A stretch of 64,000 nt of DNA from positions 6,596-70,595 of the forward strand of contig DPKJ01000014.1 in NCBI GenBank assembly GCA_003542575.1. The letters are read 5' to 3'. Each line of letters opens with the position of its first letter. Position 1 is the first letter of the stretch. A program made the translations under genes and the position numbers. Source of the DNA: Rikenellaceae bacterium. Lineage in GTDB: Bacteria; Bacteroidota; Bacteroidia; Bacteroidales; UBA932. The notes beneath the pieces are model-generated. The model had not been told where the DNA came from, ran no database searches, and saw nothing but the letters and a program-made list of their open reading frames with translations. Below, in pieces: positions 28,294 through 39,069 of the stretch.

Positions 28294-29319
28294 TTAAATC
28301 ACAGTTTCAAATTCTTTAAGGAATCTGATATCGTTTTCGAAGTAATGACGAAGGTCCTTCACCTGCCATTTTAGCATGGCTATTCTTTCGATGCCCATTC
28401 CAAAGGCAAAACCTGTATATTGGGTACTATCTATACCGTTAGCTTCAAGAACATTGGGATCGACCATTCCGCAACCCATAATTTCCAGCCAACCTGTTCC
28501 CTTACATATGTTGCAACCCTTACCTTTACAAATATTGCAACTTACATCAACCTCTGCACTTGGCTCAGTGAAAGGGAAATACGACGGCCTAAGGCGAATC
28601 TGAGTCTCCTCTCCGAACATCTCACGCGCAAAGAGCAGTACCGCCTGCTTGAGATCGGCAAATGAGACCTTTTTATCAATATACAGCCCCTCTACCTGGT
28701 GGAAAATGCAATGCGCTCTGGCCGATATGGCCTCGTTGCGAAATACTCTGCCCGGGCAAACAATTCTGATTGGGAGTTTCATGTGCTCCATTGCCCTAAC
28801 CTGTACCGAGCTTGTATGAGTTCTTAAAAGAACAGGATTGTCACCCGATGTTATGAAAAAAGTATCCTGCATATCCCTGGCGGGGTGCTCAGGTGGAAAA
28901 TTAAGTGCTCCAAAGACATGCCAGTCATCCTCAATCTCCGGACCCTCAGCAAGAACATATCCGAATTTATTGAAAATTGAGAGAATTTCGTCTCTTGTAA
29001 CAGAAATAGGGTGTCTGCCGCCAAGTTCAACCAAATCGCCGGGTTTAGTAAGATCGTACGCACTTGATGACTCCCCCGGATTTTGCTCCAGTACTTCGCG
29101 AAGCTCTTCTATCTTCTGAGATGCCGCAACCTTAAGGTTGTTCAAAACCTGCCCCAGTTCACGTTTTTGCTCTGGCAAAACATTACGAAAATCGTCAAAC
29201 ATTTGGGTAATGGTACCCTTTTTCCCCAACAGGCGAATTCTAAGCTCTTCTATCTCCGACTCCTTCTGAGCGGTCAGCTCAGCAATTTCGGCCATTAATT
29301 TTTCAATTTTATCTCTCAT
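28294..29319 (-). CDS. pheS: Phenylalanine--tRNA ligase alpha subunit
   Basis: HPARDMQDTF, LLRTHTSSVQ, FHQVEGL, RPSYFPFTEPS, GFAFGMGIER. Confidence 0.98.
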   Translation of the reverse strand: MRDKIEKLMAEIAELTAQKESEIEELRIRLLGKKGTITQMFDDFRNVLPEQKRELGQVLNNLKVAASQKIEELREVLEQNPGESSSAYDLTKPGDLVELGGRHPISVTRDEILSIFNKFGYVLAEGPEIEDDWHVFGALNFPPEHPARDMQDTFFITSGDNPVLLRTHTSSVQVRAMEHMKLPIRIVCPGRVFRNEAISARAHCIFHQVEGLYIDKKVSFADLKQAVLLFAREMFGEETQIRLRPSYFPFTEPSAEVDVSCNICKGKGCNICKGTGWLEIMGCGMVDPNVLEANGIDSTQYTGFAFGMGIERIAMLKWQVKDLRHYFENDIRFLKEFETVI

Positions 29320-29441
29320 TTTTCTTTATCAGTATTCAGACCGGAAAAAGTTCTTATGCGTTTTACTTTACCCTCTCATAATATTGCTCGAATTCCTTTG
29401 GTCCCTTCGAGTCATTAAGCATCATAAAGGGATTAAAACGG

Positions 29442-32400
29442 CTACAAAGGTAATAATTCTTTTATTGCTCTCTCCAGTTGAGGATCTTTTGATTCAAGAC
29501 GATCTTTGAATGTGTTCTTAACATAGATATCCGGAGAGACACCTTCGAATTCAAGATCCTTACCATCAAGAGTGTAGCAACCCCAGGCAGGAAGTCTCAC
29601 GCTGGAACCATCAATCAGACGGGCAGAAGAGGTAAAGATAATCCAGCGGTATGTCTCTGTTCCAACCAGCTTAGCCAGCGACAGAGTTTTAATTCCGTTA
29701 GAGGTAACCTCGGCATCACTAAGACTTCTTTCATTAACCAAAACAATTATCGGTTTATCGGCAGGAGTTACATTGGGATGTGAAACTCGCGGATTATCCC
29801 TGTGACTCCAACGGAAGTGTTCTCTCTGGCTAAGCATGTCAATCACCTCTCTATGCACATTGCCTCCATTGTTGAACCTAAGGTCCAGAATAAGAGCATC
29901 TTTATGAACAGCTATAGTGTTTATTTCAATATAGAACCTCTCAAGAGACTCAGGCGACATATCCCTCATATGCAGGTAAGCAATCTTTCCGTTTGCAGCA
30001 CTATCGACATAGGCCCTGTTCCAGTCCTCCCACTCTGTATATAATAGAGCCCTGAGCTCCGGTGTTGACATAGTGTGAATCTTAACATCAAACTCTTTAC
30101 CCTCTCTCATAAATCCAAGCACAACCTCGCGCGGCAATGCAGCAGAAGCAAAATAGAGCTCCCGATTCTTCCCACTCTCCAATTTAACTCCATTTACTGA
30201 AACCAATATATCGCCCGCCTTCAATGGATTTCCTGAATAGTCGGCCTTTGATCCCGGAACAATTCTATCCAGCACATAAGGTGAATCATTTTTAAATATA
30301 AGCCCTGTAGCAATTGTAGAATATCTTGATGGAGCCTCCTCATCCTTGCCGCCAGTACTGAAGCCCATGTGTGAAGAGTTAAGCTCGTTTAGCATATCGT
30401 TAAGCAGAATTCTCAGGTCATCTCTGGACTTTACATGTTTCAGAAAACCTGCATAGTAATCCCTTTTTGCACGCCAGTCAACACCGTGGAATTTAACATC
30501 ATAGAAATTCTGCTCCAGAGTAGCCCAAACCTCATAGAACATCTGTCTGAACTCATCCGAAATATTCTTTGCAAAATTGTGTTTGAGATCAATCTTGGTT
30601 GCTGTTGCCGAGGCTAAATCAACCTTATACAGAGCCTCCCTATCTGCAGCAAAAAACTCTTTCCCTCCGTTGCTGTAAGCAGAGGCCATTCCTATCCCTT
30701 TAATTTTTTGAGGAGGCTTCTGATCCCACTCCTTAAGTTCAGTGACATACAACCCCCAATCTCCCTCGTGATTTGAATTGAACAGCAGATAACTCTTTTC
30801 TCCCCTCGACACCATAAACAGCGAATGCTGCTCTCCCCTGCTCATTACCCGCTCATATCTTCTTTGGATATTATCCGGTCTTACAACAACCGAAGAGTCT
30901 CTCTTCTCACGAGCCGAAACAAACAGTTTATCATACTCATCGGCAGCAAAAGGCCCCACAACCTTCTCAAGAGCAATCTTATAAACCTGTGTCCCCGCAC
31001 CCCTTGGGAAAGCAGAACTCACACGGTTTGAGAGTATGTAGAGGTATTTTCCGTCAGGAGAGAATACAGGGTCATTTTCGAAATTGGCCGAGTTTGTCAG
31101 ATTCAGAGAGCTCTTTTTAGCTAAATCATATATGAATATATCTCTCTCGAAGAGGTTTACTGCTGCATAGGCAAGGTGTTTACCATCAAATGAAAAACTT
31201 ATCGGATAGCTCTGAAATGCCCAAAATTCGTGGTTTTGCAACACCTCAGTCGCCTTTGTAGCAGTATTGATAACCATAAGTGATTTTCCACCATTAACAA
31301 ATGCAATTTTATCTCCCTTAGGTGATATTACAAGAGATTTTATCGATGATTCGGGTGTAAACAGAGGTGTCTCTGCAGTTTTAAGGTCTGCACTCCGGAA
31401 ATAGAGGCCTGTCCAGCCACCATTGGTTCTTGTGTAATAGACGCCCTTACTGTCAGAAGCCCAGATAGCCTCGTCAGCCCTCTCTCCGGCAGGCGTAGGC
31501 AGCTGTTTTACGAAATTACCCTTGGCATCAGAGACAAAAAGCAAACCCCTGAATGTAAACACCAGTTTTTTACCATCCGGTGAAATAGCAAAGCTCTGTG
31601 GCCTGCCCAACGGAACTGAAATATCATTAAGAATACGGTTATCGGCAAGTTCAATTTGAGGTTCAACACTCTCGCCGCTTTTAAGATCAAGAACATGAAT
31701 CCTGTAACCTTTAATAAAGACTATTTTTGACCCATCATGGCTAATTGCCGGGTACTGAACCGACTCTTCAAACGAAGTGAGATACTTTTTGTCGGTATGT
31801 CTTACAATATTTGCCTCTCCGTTGCCCTCCTCAGAGACATAATAGAGGTTACCCCCCTTGTCAACCATTGGCCAGATATCCCTTCCCCTAAAGTCTGTAA
31901 GCTCTTTATACTCTTTTGTCTTCTCATTCCATGACTTTATATCTGGATTATGATCTCCACGATAACCCTTTCTTGTCTGAAACGCGAAGCTCTCGGTAGA
32001 TTCGTTAAAATAGTACTCACCGGTTGCCGGATTTTTTACAAGATTGGCTATTGTATTAAAATAGTGTGGAAAAAGTCGCACCGGAGTACCGCCCTCTGCA
32101 GGAACGTAGTATGTACTTCTTGTATTGTATCTGTTTGACTCAATATATATACCTTTTGAATCGGGAGACCATGAAGCAGGAACATCTGACGCATCGTGAA
32201 ACGTAAGTTGTGTAATTACCCCTCCGGCAACCGGAACAACATAAACATTGTTGTTTCCCTGTTCGTTTGAAGAGAACGCAAGGAGTTTTCCGTCCGGAGA
32301 TATTTTGGGATTTGACTCGTTTCCTCCCATTGATATTACCTTTAGAGCAAGACCTCCGTTAGTTGCAACTTTGTAAATATCACCCGAGTATGAGAAATAT

Positions 32401-32513
32401 ATTTGAGAACCGTCGGGGGTAAGTGCCGGTTTAGTAGCAAATGTAACATTTTCAGCTGCAGCTCCTGAGCACAGGAGAAGCGCAGCAATAAGTGATAGTG
32501 CCGGTTTTAACAT
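29442..32513 (-). CDS. Tricorn-like S41 family peptidase (PD40 propellers, PDZ, S41 domain)
   Basis: Signal peptide, repeated SPDG, ELNSSH, LDLRFNNGG, SLSDAE, GVSPDI, DPQLERA. Confidence 0.88.
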   Translation of the reverse strand: MLKPALSLIAALLLCSGAAAENVTFATKPALTPDGSQIYFSYSGDIYKVATNGGLALKVISMGGNESNPKISPDGKLLAFSSNEQGNNNVYVVPVAGGVITQLTFHDASDVPASWSPDSKGIYIESNRYNTRSTYYVPAEGGTPVRLFPHYFNTIANLVKNPATGEYYFNESTESFAFQTRKGYRGDHNPDIKSWNEKTKEYKELTDFRGRDIWPMVDKGGNLYYVSEEGNGEANIVRHTDKKYLTSFEESVQYPAISHDGSKIVFIKGYRIHVLDLKSGESVEPQIELADNRILNDISVPLGRPQSFAISPDGKKLVFTFRGLLFVSDAKGNFVKQLPTPAGERADEAIWASDSKGVYYTRTNGGWTGLYFRSADLKTAETPLFTPESSIKSLVISPKGDKIAFVNGGKSLMVINTATKATEVLQNHEFWAFQSYPISFSFDGKHLAYAAVNLFERDIFIYDLAKKSSLNLTNSANFENDPVFSPDGKYLYILSNRVSSAFPRGAGTQVYKIALEKVVGPFAADEYDKLFVSAREKRDSSVVVRPDNIQRRYERVMSRGEQHSLFMVSRGEKSYLLFNSNHEGDWGLYVTELKEWDQKPPQKIKGIGMASAYSNGGKEFFAADREALYKVDLASATATKIDLKHNFAKNISDEFRQMFYEVWATLEQNFYDVKFHGVDWRAKRDYYAGFLKHVKSRDDLRILLNDMLNELNSSHMGFSTGGKDEEAPSRYSTIATGLIFKNDSPYVLDRIVPGSKADYSGNPLKAGDILVSVNGVKLESGKNRELYFASAALPREVVLGFMREGKEFDVKIHTMSTPELRALLYTEWEDWNRAYVDSAANGKIAYLHMRDMSPESLERFYIEINTIAVHKDALILDLRFNNGGNVHREVIDMLSQREHFRWSHRDNPRVSHPNVTPADKPIIVLVNERSLSDAEVTSNGIKTLSLAKLVGTETYRWIIFTSSARLIDGSSVRLPAWGCYTLDGKDLEFEGVSPDIYVKNTFKDRLESKDPQLERAIKELLPL

Positions 32514-32540
32514 ATCTGAATTGTTAGGTTATATCTAAAA

Positions 32541-33818
32541 TTATTTTGGCCATTTTACGGGTGACCTCCTTAAAGGCATTGTCATACATCTTGCACCACC
32601 ACCACCTCTTGGTAATTCCGAACCCTCTATGGTTACTACACAGTTCTTAATCTTATGAATATCCTTTTTACCTGATATTACATCCCAGGAAGGTATTATT
32701 TCAAAACCAATCTTATCCAGCTCATTAAGTGTATGTACATTCCTTGCATACGCCATCACTTTTCCGGGAGCAAGTGCAAACAGGTTTGCCCCGCTATGCC
32801 ACTGCTCTCTCTCCTGATTCCACTCATCGGCACTTCCTCCGCAAATAACAGTATCAACCTCCATTCCAAGCTTTTTAAGAATTGAAGGGATGTTGTTAAC
32901 CGATTTGATTTTTGAAACCTTACCGTTTTCGATAATCATATGAACTGTCTGGAACTGATTTTCACCAAGAATCAACGGCTCAAAGACCATTGCCTTATCG
33001 GTATCAAGAAGAGTGAAGACCATGTCAAGGTGTATAAAAGATTCGGGCGATTCGGGCAGTTGCTGTACAATTATGTGCTTCTTCTCGGTACACCCCGATC
33101 TGCAAAGACGGTTTATGAGCATATCAATACCCTGACTGCTAGTCCTTGTGCCATTTCCAACAAGCAGAATATCCTCCCTTGCTACCAGAATATCCCCTCC
33201 CTCCATATAAACCTCGTTATTACCGGGCTGAAAATCGTGCGCATTCAATACATCACCATTAAAAATTCGCTTGCTCCTGAATATGGCTTCACAAATAAAA
33301 GACTCCCTCATCCTTACCTTGCTTGCCATCTTGCAAACCAACACCTTATTCCCTATTGATACAGAGGCATCTCTGGTAAAATAGAAATTATACAGAGGCT
33401 GAAGCGCATAATAATCATCTTTAAGATATGCTGTCAGTGAATTAATCCTTGCAGGCAATCCCTCTATAAGCACCTTTGTAAGTGCTTTTGAAGACATATC
33501 CATCAGGTATTCAAAATATTCTGTAACCTCTTCACTAACACAAATTTTACCAATAAGTGCCTCCCGCTCCTCGTGCTTATCTAAAAGTTCACAAAGAAGA
33601 TCGGCAATTTGATAGGTTTTGGTAAACTTATTTAGAACACCTGAAAGCTGCTCATACTCCTTTTGAGCAATGGAGAGGTTTAATATGTCACTGTAAAGGG
33701 CTCTCTGCGCATTACGGGGAGTCATGTTCTCTACCTCGGCACCGGGGGTGTGTAACAACACGGCCTCCAGCTTACCTATCTCTGAATTTACCTCAATATT
33801 AAGAAGCTTTTCCTTCAT
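32541..33818 (-). CDS. arcA: Arginine deiminase
   Basis: VNSEIGKL, HTPG.E, YFTRD, EGGD, HLDMVF, SELPRGGGGARCMTMP. Confidence 0.9.
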   Translation of the reverse strand: MKEKLLNIEVNSEIGKLEAVLLHTPGAEVENMTPRNAQRALYSDILNLSIAQKEYEQLSGVLNKFTKTYQIADLLCELLDKHEEREALIGKICVSEEVTEYFEYLMDMSSKALTKVLIEGLPARINSLTAYLKDDYYALQPLYNFYFTRDASVSIGNKVLVCKMASKVRMRESFICEAIFRSKRIFNGDVLNAHDFQPGNNEVYMEGGDILVAREDILLVGNGTRTSSQGIDMLINRLCRSGCTEKKHIIVQQLPESPESFIHLDMVFTLLDTDKAMVFEPLILGENQFQTVHMIIENGKVSKIKSVNNIPSILKKLGMEVDTVICGGSADEWNQEREQWHSGANLFALAPGKVMAYARNVHTLNELDKIGFEIIPSWDVISGKKDIHKIKNCVVTIEGSELPRGGGGARCMTMPLRRSPVKWPK

Positions 33819-33828
33819 ATATTTTTGT

Positions 33829-34923
33829 TTATTGATACTTGCTAAGATCTATCAAAGGAAGATCTGTCATTATTGATTTATAGACCGATTCGTCTCTTGG
33901 ACATATTAATAATACATCATTAGTGTTAATTATCATGAAATTATCCAACCCCGCTGCTACTATCAGTTTTTTCTCACCCTCAGACACAATTATCGAATTG
34001 CTAACACCCCTCAATAAAGTCTCTTTTGCCTGAACAAGGTTATCACCACTCTTTCCCTCAAATTGGGAATAGAGCGACTCCCATGTACCCAGATCTGACC
34101 AACCGAATGATACAGGATAGACAACAGCCTTATCTGTATTCTCCATTATTCCGTAGTCAATAGATATGCTCTTGCACTCCTCATAAACCTTATTAATGAA
34201 ATGAGGCTCCTGTGGAGTGTAGTATTTTCCTGCCCCCTCACCAAAAATGGTTGCAATTTCGGGCTGATGTGTCTCAATCTCCTTAAGAATTGTTTTAAGA
34301 TTCCATATAAAAATACCTGAGTTCCAGAGAAATTCCCCACTGTTTACAAACACCTCTGCAAGCTGCGCGTTGGGCTTTTCGGTAAATGTCTTGACAGTAT
34401 AGGCAACATTACCGTTTATATTAAAAAAGTTGTGTTTGTTAGCCTGTATATATCCGTATTCGGTTTCGGGTCTGTTTGGCTCTACGCCGAGTGTGATTAG
34501 AACATCGTTTTTTTGAGCATATCTGAGAGCGTTCTCTATGGTTTCAAGAAAAACCTCCTCGTTTTGAATCAAATGGTCCGATGGTGTTACAACAACTGTT
34601 GCATCGGGGTCTTTTGTGAGGATTTTATATGATGCATAAGCCATGCATGGTGCTGTATTTCTCCTGTATGGCTCCAGCAGTATCTGGTCAGAGGTAAGCT
34701 CAGGAATCTGCTCAGCAACCATATCTTTATATGATGCAGAGGTAACAACCAATATGTTTTCACGAGGCATAATTTTTTCAAACCTCTCGTAGGTTTGCCT
34801 GATGAATGTCTTACCTGTCCCCAGTATGTCCAGGAACTGTTTTGGCTTAGAATTTCTGCTGACAGGCCAAAAGCGGCTTCCAAGGCCACCGGCCATAATT
34901 ATACAATAGTGATTTTCAGCCAT
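33829..34923 (-). CDS. manC: Mannose-1-phosphate guanylyltransferase
   Basis: IMAGGLGSRFWP, PKQFL, EPYRRNTAP, PSDH, FTEKP, WNSGIF, SIDYGIME, WSDLGTW. Confidence 0.92.
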   Translation of the reverse strand: MAENHYCIIMAGGLGSRFWPVSRNSKPKQFLDILGTGKTFIRQTYERFEKIMPRENILVVTSASYKDMVAEQIPELTSDQILLEPYRRNTAPCMAYASYKILTKDPDATVVVTPSDHLIQNEEVFLETIENALRYAQKNDVLITLGVEPNRPETEYGYIQANKHNFFNINGNVAYTVKTFTEKPNAQLAEVFVNSGEFLWNSGIFIWNLKTILKEIETHQPEIATIFGEGAGKYYTPQEPHFINKVYEECKSISIDYGIMENTDKAVVYPVSFGWSDLGTWESLYSQFEGKSGDNLVQAKETLLRGVSNSIIVSEGEKKLIVAAGLDNFMIINTNDVLLICPRDESVYKSIMTDLPLIDLSKYQ

Positions 34924-34942
34924 ATTTTTAATTATTTAAATA

Positions 34943-35362
34943 TTACCATTCAGGAGCAAAAGCATCAGGAAAATATTTGACTTCAACAACTCCACCCTCC
35001 TTAAAAATAACAGATACAATATCGAATCTGGTATCAAAATGAATATTATTTCTGTAAATAAACCTTGCAGCAGCCGAAATTACGGCACGTTGCTTTTTTC
35101 TATCTACTGTTTCAAAGGGCAACCTTACAAGCGGTTCGGAAAGTGACCTCACCTCAACAATGTGAATCATTTCGTTTTTAAGATCAAAATGGCCACTCTT
35201 CATTATAAGGTCAATCTCTCTGTGACCCGCTCTGTAGTTTCTCTGTAAAAGAGTCAGCCCCTTTTTCAAAAGATACTCCAACGCCATATCCTCCGCCAAT
35301 CTTCCCCTCTCACTCCTTCCCTTCAGACGTGAAAAAGAGCCCTTTTCACCCTCCATCTGCAC
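34943..35362 (-). CDS. YraN family nuclease-like protein
   Basis: G..AE..A..YL..KG, NYR...EIDLI, VEVR, KQ, RFDIVSV. Confidence 0.85.
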   Translation of the reverse strand: MQMEGEKGSFSRLKGRSERGRLAEDMALEYLLKKGLTLLQRNYRAGHREIDLIMKSGHFDLKNEMIHIVEVRSLSEPLVRLPFETVDRKKQRAVISAAARFIYRNNIHFDTRFDIVSVIFKEGGVVEVKYFPDAFAPEW

Positions 35363-35392
35363 AATCTTTAAACAAATTTAACAAAATAAAAC

Positions 35393-35423
35393 AAAAAAGC
35401 TTGCCCGATTTCGGACAAGCTTT
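35393..35423 (-). terminator. Terminator after the TonB-dependent receptor
   Basis: AAAGCTTGTCCG-AAAT-CGGGCAAGCTTTTTT on the minus strand. Confidence 0.8.
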
Positions 35424-35445
35424 AATGTTTTAAGAACTTAAATTT

Positions 35446-38400
35446 CTAGAAGATAAATCTAACTCCAAACAACATACCCCAGGTACTTCCTGTTGTTACA
35501 GATTTTACTTGTTGGTTTTTAGTGTCAAAGGTTGCGATATCTGTTGCATTCAGAGTGAATGTAGGAACACCGGAAGAGTTTACACCCTTATAAGTTAGAG
35601 GCATAATTACATCATACTGGTTAGCAAGACCGCTTCTTGTAAAGTGACCCCAATCCTTGTTAAGCAGGTTACCTGCGTTAACAATGTCAAGGCTGAACTG
35701 AAGTGTATATCTGCGGTTGCTACCGAAGTTTGCAAATATATCCTGAAGGATTTTTGCATCCCAACGGTTTCTCCATGGATTAACACGTGCAAATCTCTCT
35801 GCATACTGTCCTTTTCTTGTGCTCAGGTAACTATCACCCTCAACAAATTGCCAGAATTTTGCTGCCTGCTCAGCTGCTGTCATCTTACCTGCAACGTCAA
35901 CAAAAGTAAGTTCATTGGCATCTTTTGGTACATATATCAGGTCAGAAGCTGAACCGTCGCCTGTCATATCATTAGAGTATGCATAAGATGAACGACCCAT
36001 TGCTGCTCCATTGTAGTAAATTGAAAATGTTGTAGCAAGGTGCTTAATATACTCAACTCTGTAAGAGATTGTACCAACAACTCTATGGGGAACTGCAAAG
36101 TTTGAGTGGCTAAGCTGTGGATTGTTCAGGTCATAAACATCAAGGTTACTTGTCCATGCAGAAGCTGCTGAAGAACCTGGGTTTGAAGATACGTCCTTAG
36201 AAACGTTGTATGTGTATGCAACCATTCCGGAAAGACCATTAGAAAAGTTCTTGGTTAGTTGTGCTGTTAGCAACGACTGGTATCCCTGGCTTGAGTTAGT
36301 AAGGAGCATAGCTGAGCCTACACCGCTGTTTACTTTATTGCCCGACCAGTAAGGTCTGTTATCAGGACCAAAGAATACTTTGTTCTGACCAGGAAGGTTC
36401 ATGTTCTTCTGAACAACTGCGTTTACATCTTTTGAGAACAACGCTTCAAGTGTAAGAATCATATTACCCGGCAATTCAATATCAGCTGCAAGGTTAGATC
36501 TCCAGATTCTTGGCATTTTAAAGTCTTTGGCAACCTGAGCAAGAGCTGCTCCTGAAGCAAGTGTTGTGCTCACAGCCTGAGGGAAAAGGCCAGGATATTT
36601 AGCTACCTGAGCTCTGAAGTCAGGGTTGAATCTGAAGTCGGCAGGAAGGTTTGCGCCTGTAATACCAATCTCAGGACTCTGAACAGTACCTGATGAAGTA
36701 GGCTGGTTAGTAAACCACACAAAAGGAAGAACACCGGTAAATAGACCTGTACCTCCGCGAACCTGAAGGCTTCTGTCACCCTTAACATCCCAATTGAAAC
36801 CAACTCTCGGATTAATTTGTAGTTTGGTGTTTGGCCATGTGCTTACATCAAATTTGAAACCATCCTTGAATTTAAGTGCAGAAATTGCAGGATTATCCAT
36901 CAATGAATTGTGGTACATTGGGTACTCTGCACGAACACCGTAAGTTAGTTTGAATTGTTTGTTCACGATCCACTCATCCTGAACATAAAGGCTACCAAGG
37001 CCAAAACTCATCTCAACACCTTTAGGGTCAGCTCCGTTATAACCATAAGTTACACCGAATCCTGTAGGTTTTGCATTGTTGATAAAATCGTCAAGTGAAG
37101 CATATCTGTAGTAGCTGGTTCCTTCACGAATATATGAGTTGTTTACGAAAATGTTATCGTAAGCTATACCTGCTGTAAGAGTGTGCTTGTCAAGGTTAAT
37201 TGAAAGGTTATTTACAACAGAGAAAGTGTTGTTAAGAACCTGATTGCGATATGTGAAGAGCTCATAACCGAATGACATGTAAGGGTTACCGTCTTTGTAA
37301 ATATCAACAAACGGGAAGACAGCACTGTTGCTGGTTCTTCTTGGGTCCATAGTCTTGGTATATGATACCAGGAATTTGTTTGCAACTCTGTTGCCGAAAG
37401 TTGAGTTCAACTCACCTGCAAAAGCATCAATTGCATTTTCGTTACCGTAGAATGCATTAGAGAATGAAATAGAGTATTCACCCACGCGGCTGTTGTTGTT
37501 TCTTGGAACAGAAGGAGGGCCAGATGTTGCATTGGTAAGACTGGTACTTGTGTTTCTTAGTCTGTTATATCTGAATGCAAATTTGTGATTCCTTGCAATG
37601 TTCCAGTCCAGACGTGCAAGAATCTTGTAGTTCTCAGATGGGAATGAACTAAAGTTCTGGTATTCACCCGGATCATAATTGAAAGCAGAAAGAAGGTGAT
37701 TTTTAGCTCTCTCCAAATCTGCTACTGTAGTTCTTGAAATTCTGTTTGTAAGATCGGCAACTCCGTTTGTGCTTGGTTCCCATGCATTACTTGGAGATGT
37801 CTCTTTCTCATACTCGTAACTTGCAAAAAGGAAGAGTTTGTCTTTGATGATAGGACCACCAACTGTTATACCATAAGTTGATGATGACCTAAGTCTTGCA
37901 TTATTCACGATTGATTCTCCAACTTTCTCACCGGTAAAAGATTTAGGTCTTAAGTAAGTGTATGCAGTTACTTTAAGTTTGTTGTCACCCGATTTGGTAA
38001 CAGCATTGATTGAAGCACCTGTAAACTGAGAAAGACGTACATCGTAAGGTGCAAGGTTTACAGAAACCTGCTCGATAGCGTCAAGAGAGATAGGCTGAGA
38101 AGACCCTCCCGGCATTGCGCTGCTTGAAAGACCAAAGTTATTGTTGAAAGCAGCTCCGTCAATGGTAACTGTGTTGAACCTGCCGTCGCGACCTGCAAAC
38201 GAATTACCGTTTGACTGAGGAGTCATCCTTGTAAAATCAGTCAAACTGCGGCTGATAGAAGGAAGAGATGATATATCCCTTGAACTGATGTTCATCGATG
38301 CACCTGTCCTGTTACTGTTAAGTATCGGATTAACCAGGCCTGCCGAGATCACAACCTCAGAAAGAGACATTGCCTCCTCTTTAAGTTGCGCATCATAAAC

Positions 38401-38712
38401 GAAGTTTTCACCAAGGCGTAGTGAAATGCCTCCCGTTTTTACCGTACCGTAGCCAAGGAATACAACTTCAACTTCATAAGGGCCGCCTACACGCATATTC
38501 TGAATGCGGTAGTTACCGGCATTGTCGGCAACCGAGTAGTATTTGGTTCCTGAAGGAGCGTGAACTGCAACTACCGTAGCACCTGCAATAGCTGTTCCAT
38601 CAGGTTCGGTAATACGACCGCTCATTGATGATGTTGTTACCTGAGCAAAAAGGCCTGATGTTACAAGTAAACTCATAACTATTAGGGCAAACTGCTTAAT
38701 TAATTGTTTCAT
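35446..38712 (-). CDS. TonB-dependent receptor, Oar-like, with carboxypeptidase-regulatory N-terminal domain
   Basis: QVTTSSMSG, MRVGGPY, IDGA.FNNNFG, QPISLDAI, FTGASINAVTKSG, GPIIKDKLF, PRVGFNWD, C-terminal GVRFIF; no adjacent susD. Confidence 0.88.
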   Translation of the reverse strand: MKQLIKQFALIVMSLLVTSGLFAQVTTSSMSGRITEPDGTAIAGATVVAVHAPSGTKYYSVADNAGNYRIQNMRVGGPYEVEVVFLGYGTVKTGGISLRLGENFVYDAQLKEEAMSLSEVVISAGLVNPILNSNRTGASMNISSRDISSLPSISRSLTDFTRMTPQSNGNSFAGRDGRFNTVTIDGAAFNNNFGLSSSAMPGGSSQPISLDAIEQVSVNLAPYDVRLSQFTGASINAVTKSGDNKLKVTAYTYLRPKSFTGEKVGESIVNNARLRSSSTYGITVGGPIIKDKLFLFASYEYEKETSPSNAWEPSTNGVADLTNRISRTTVADLERAKNHLLSAFNYDPGEYQNFSSFPSENYKILARLDWNIARNHKFAFRYNRLRNTSTSLTNATSGPPSVPRNNNSRVGEYSISFSNAFYGNENAIDAFAGELNSTFGNRVANKFLVSYTKTMDPRRTSNSAVFPFVDIYKDGNPYMSFGYELFTYRNQVLNNTFSVVNNLSINLDKHTLTAGIAYDNIFVNNSYIREGTSYYRYASLDDFINNAKPTGFGVTYGYNGADPKGVEMSFGLGSLYVQDEWIVNKQFKLTYGVRAEYPMYHNSLMDNPAISALKFKDGFKFDVSTWPNTKLQINPRVGFNWDVKGDRSLQVRGGTGLFTGVLPFVWFTNQPTSSGTVQSPEIGITGANLPADFRFNPDFRAQVAKYPGLFPQAVSTTLASGAALAQVAKDFKMPRIWRSNLAADIELPGNMILTLEALFSKDVNAVVQKNMNLPGQNKVFFGPDNRPYWSGNKVNSGVGSAMLLTNSSQGYQSLLTAQLTKNFSNGLSGMVAYTYNVSKDVSSNPGSSAASAWTSNLDVYDLNNPQLSHSNFAVPHRVVGTISYRVEYIKHLATTFSIYYNGAAMGRSSYAYSNDMTGDGSASDLIYVPKDANELTFVDVAGKMTAAEQAAKFWQFVEGDSYLSTRKGQYAERFARVNPWRNRWDAKILQDIFANFGSNRRYTLQFSLDIVNAGNLLNKDWGHFTRSGLANQYDVIMPLTYKGVNSSGVPTFTLNATDIATFDTKNQQVKSVTTGSTWGMLFGVRFIF

Positions 38713-38877
38713 AAGTATTTAAATAATTTGTTAAGTATTCTGTGGCAAAAATAAGAAATTCCCCTCTATTCCATATAATTATTATCAAATTTTTAACAAA
38801 ATCTTAAATCTTGTTCCTTTTTCTCACACTCTTCATTTACTGCACCTTACAAAACTACTAACAATTGATTGTCAATA

Positions 38878-38909
38878 TTTGGTTAATAAGTTTTTTTGTA
38901 ATATTTTTG
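38878..38909 (+). promoter_or_regulatory. sigma-A promoter of metK
   Basis: TTTG (38878-81)-N20-TATTTTTG (38902-09). Confidence 0.75.
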
Positions 38910-38919
38910 CCATCGAAAT

Positions 38920-38970
38920 CCTGTGGAGAGATTTGACTGCTTGCAACCACATTAAAAAATGCTAAAACGA
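38920..38970 (+). ncRNA. SAM-II (SAM-alpha) riboswitch aptamer
   Basis: TGTGG-AGAGATTTGACTGCTTGCAA-CCACA-TTAAAAAAT-GCTAAA matches the SAM-II layout (P1 GUGG/CCAC, loop GAUUUG..UUGC, A-rich linker, GCUAAA) in the metK 5' UTR. Confidence 0.82.
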
Positions 38971-39069
38971 TCTTATTAGGATACTCTCCTACTGTTTTCG
39001 CATTTTTTCTGCATCGGCTGAACCTTCACGGTATGTAAATGTTTTTATTATTTACTAAATTTTAAGATT

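Noticed and set aside
34943-35362. YraN inactivated by EVR instead of EVK; YraN-ComM as a linked locus
   Set aside because: EVR occurs in ordinary YraN proteins, and the two genes are 21 kb apart with no sign of linkage.
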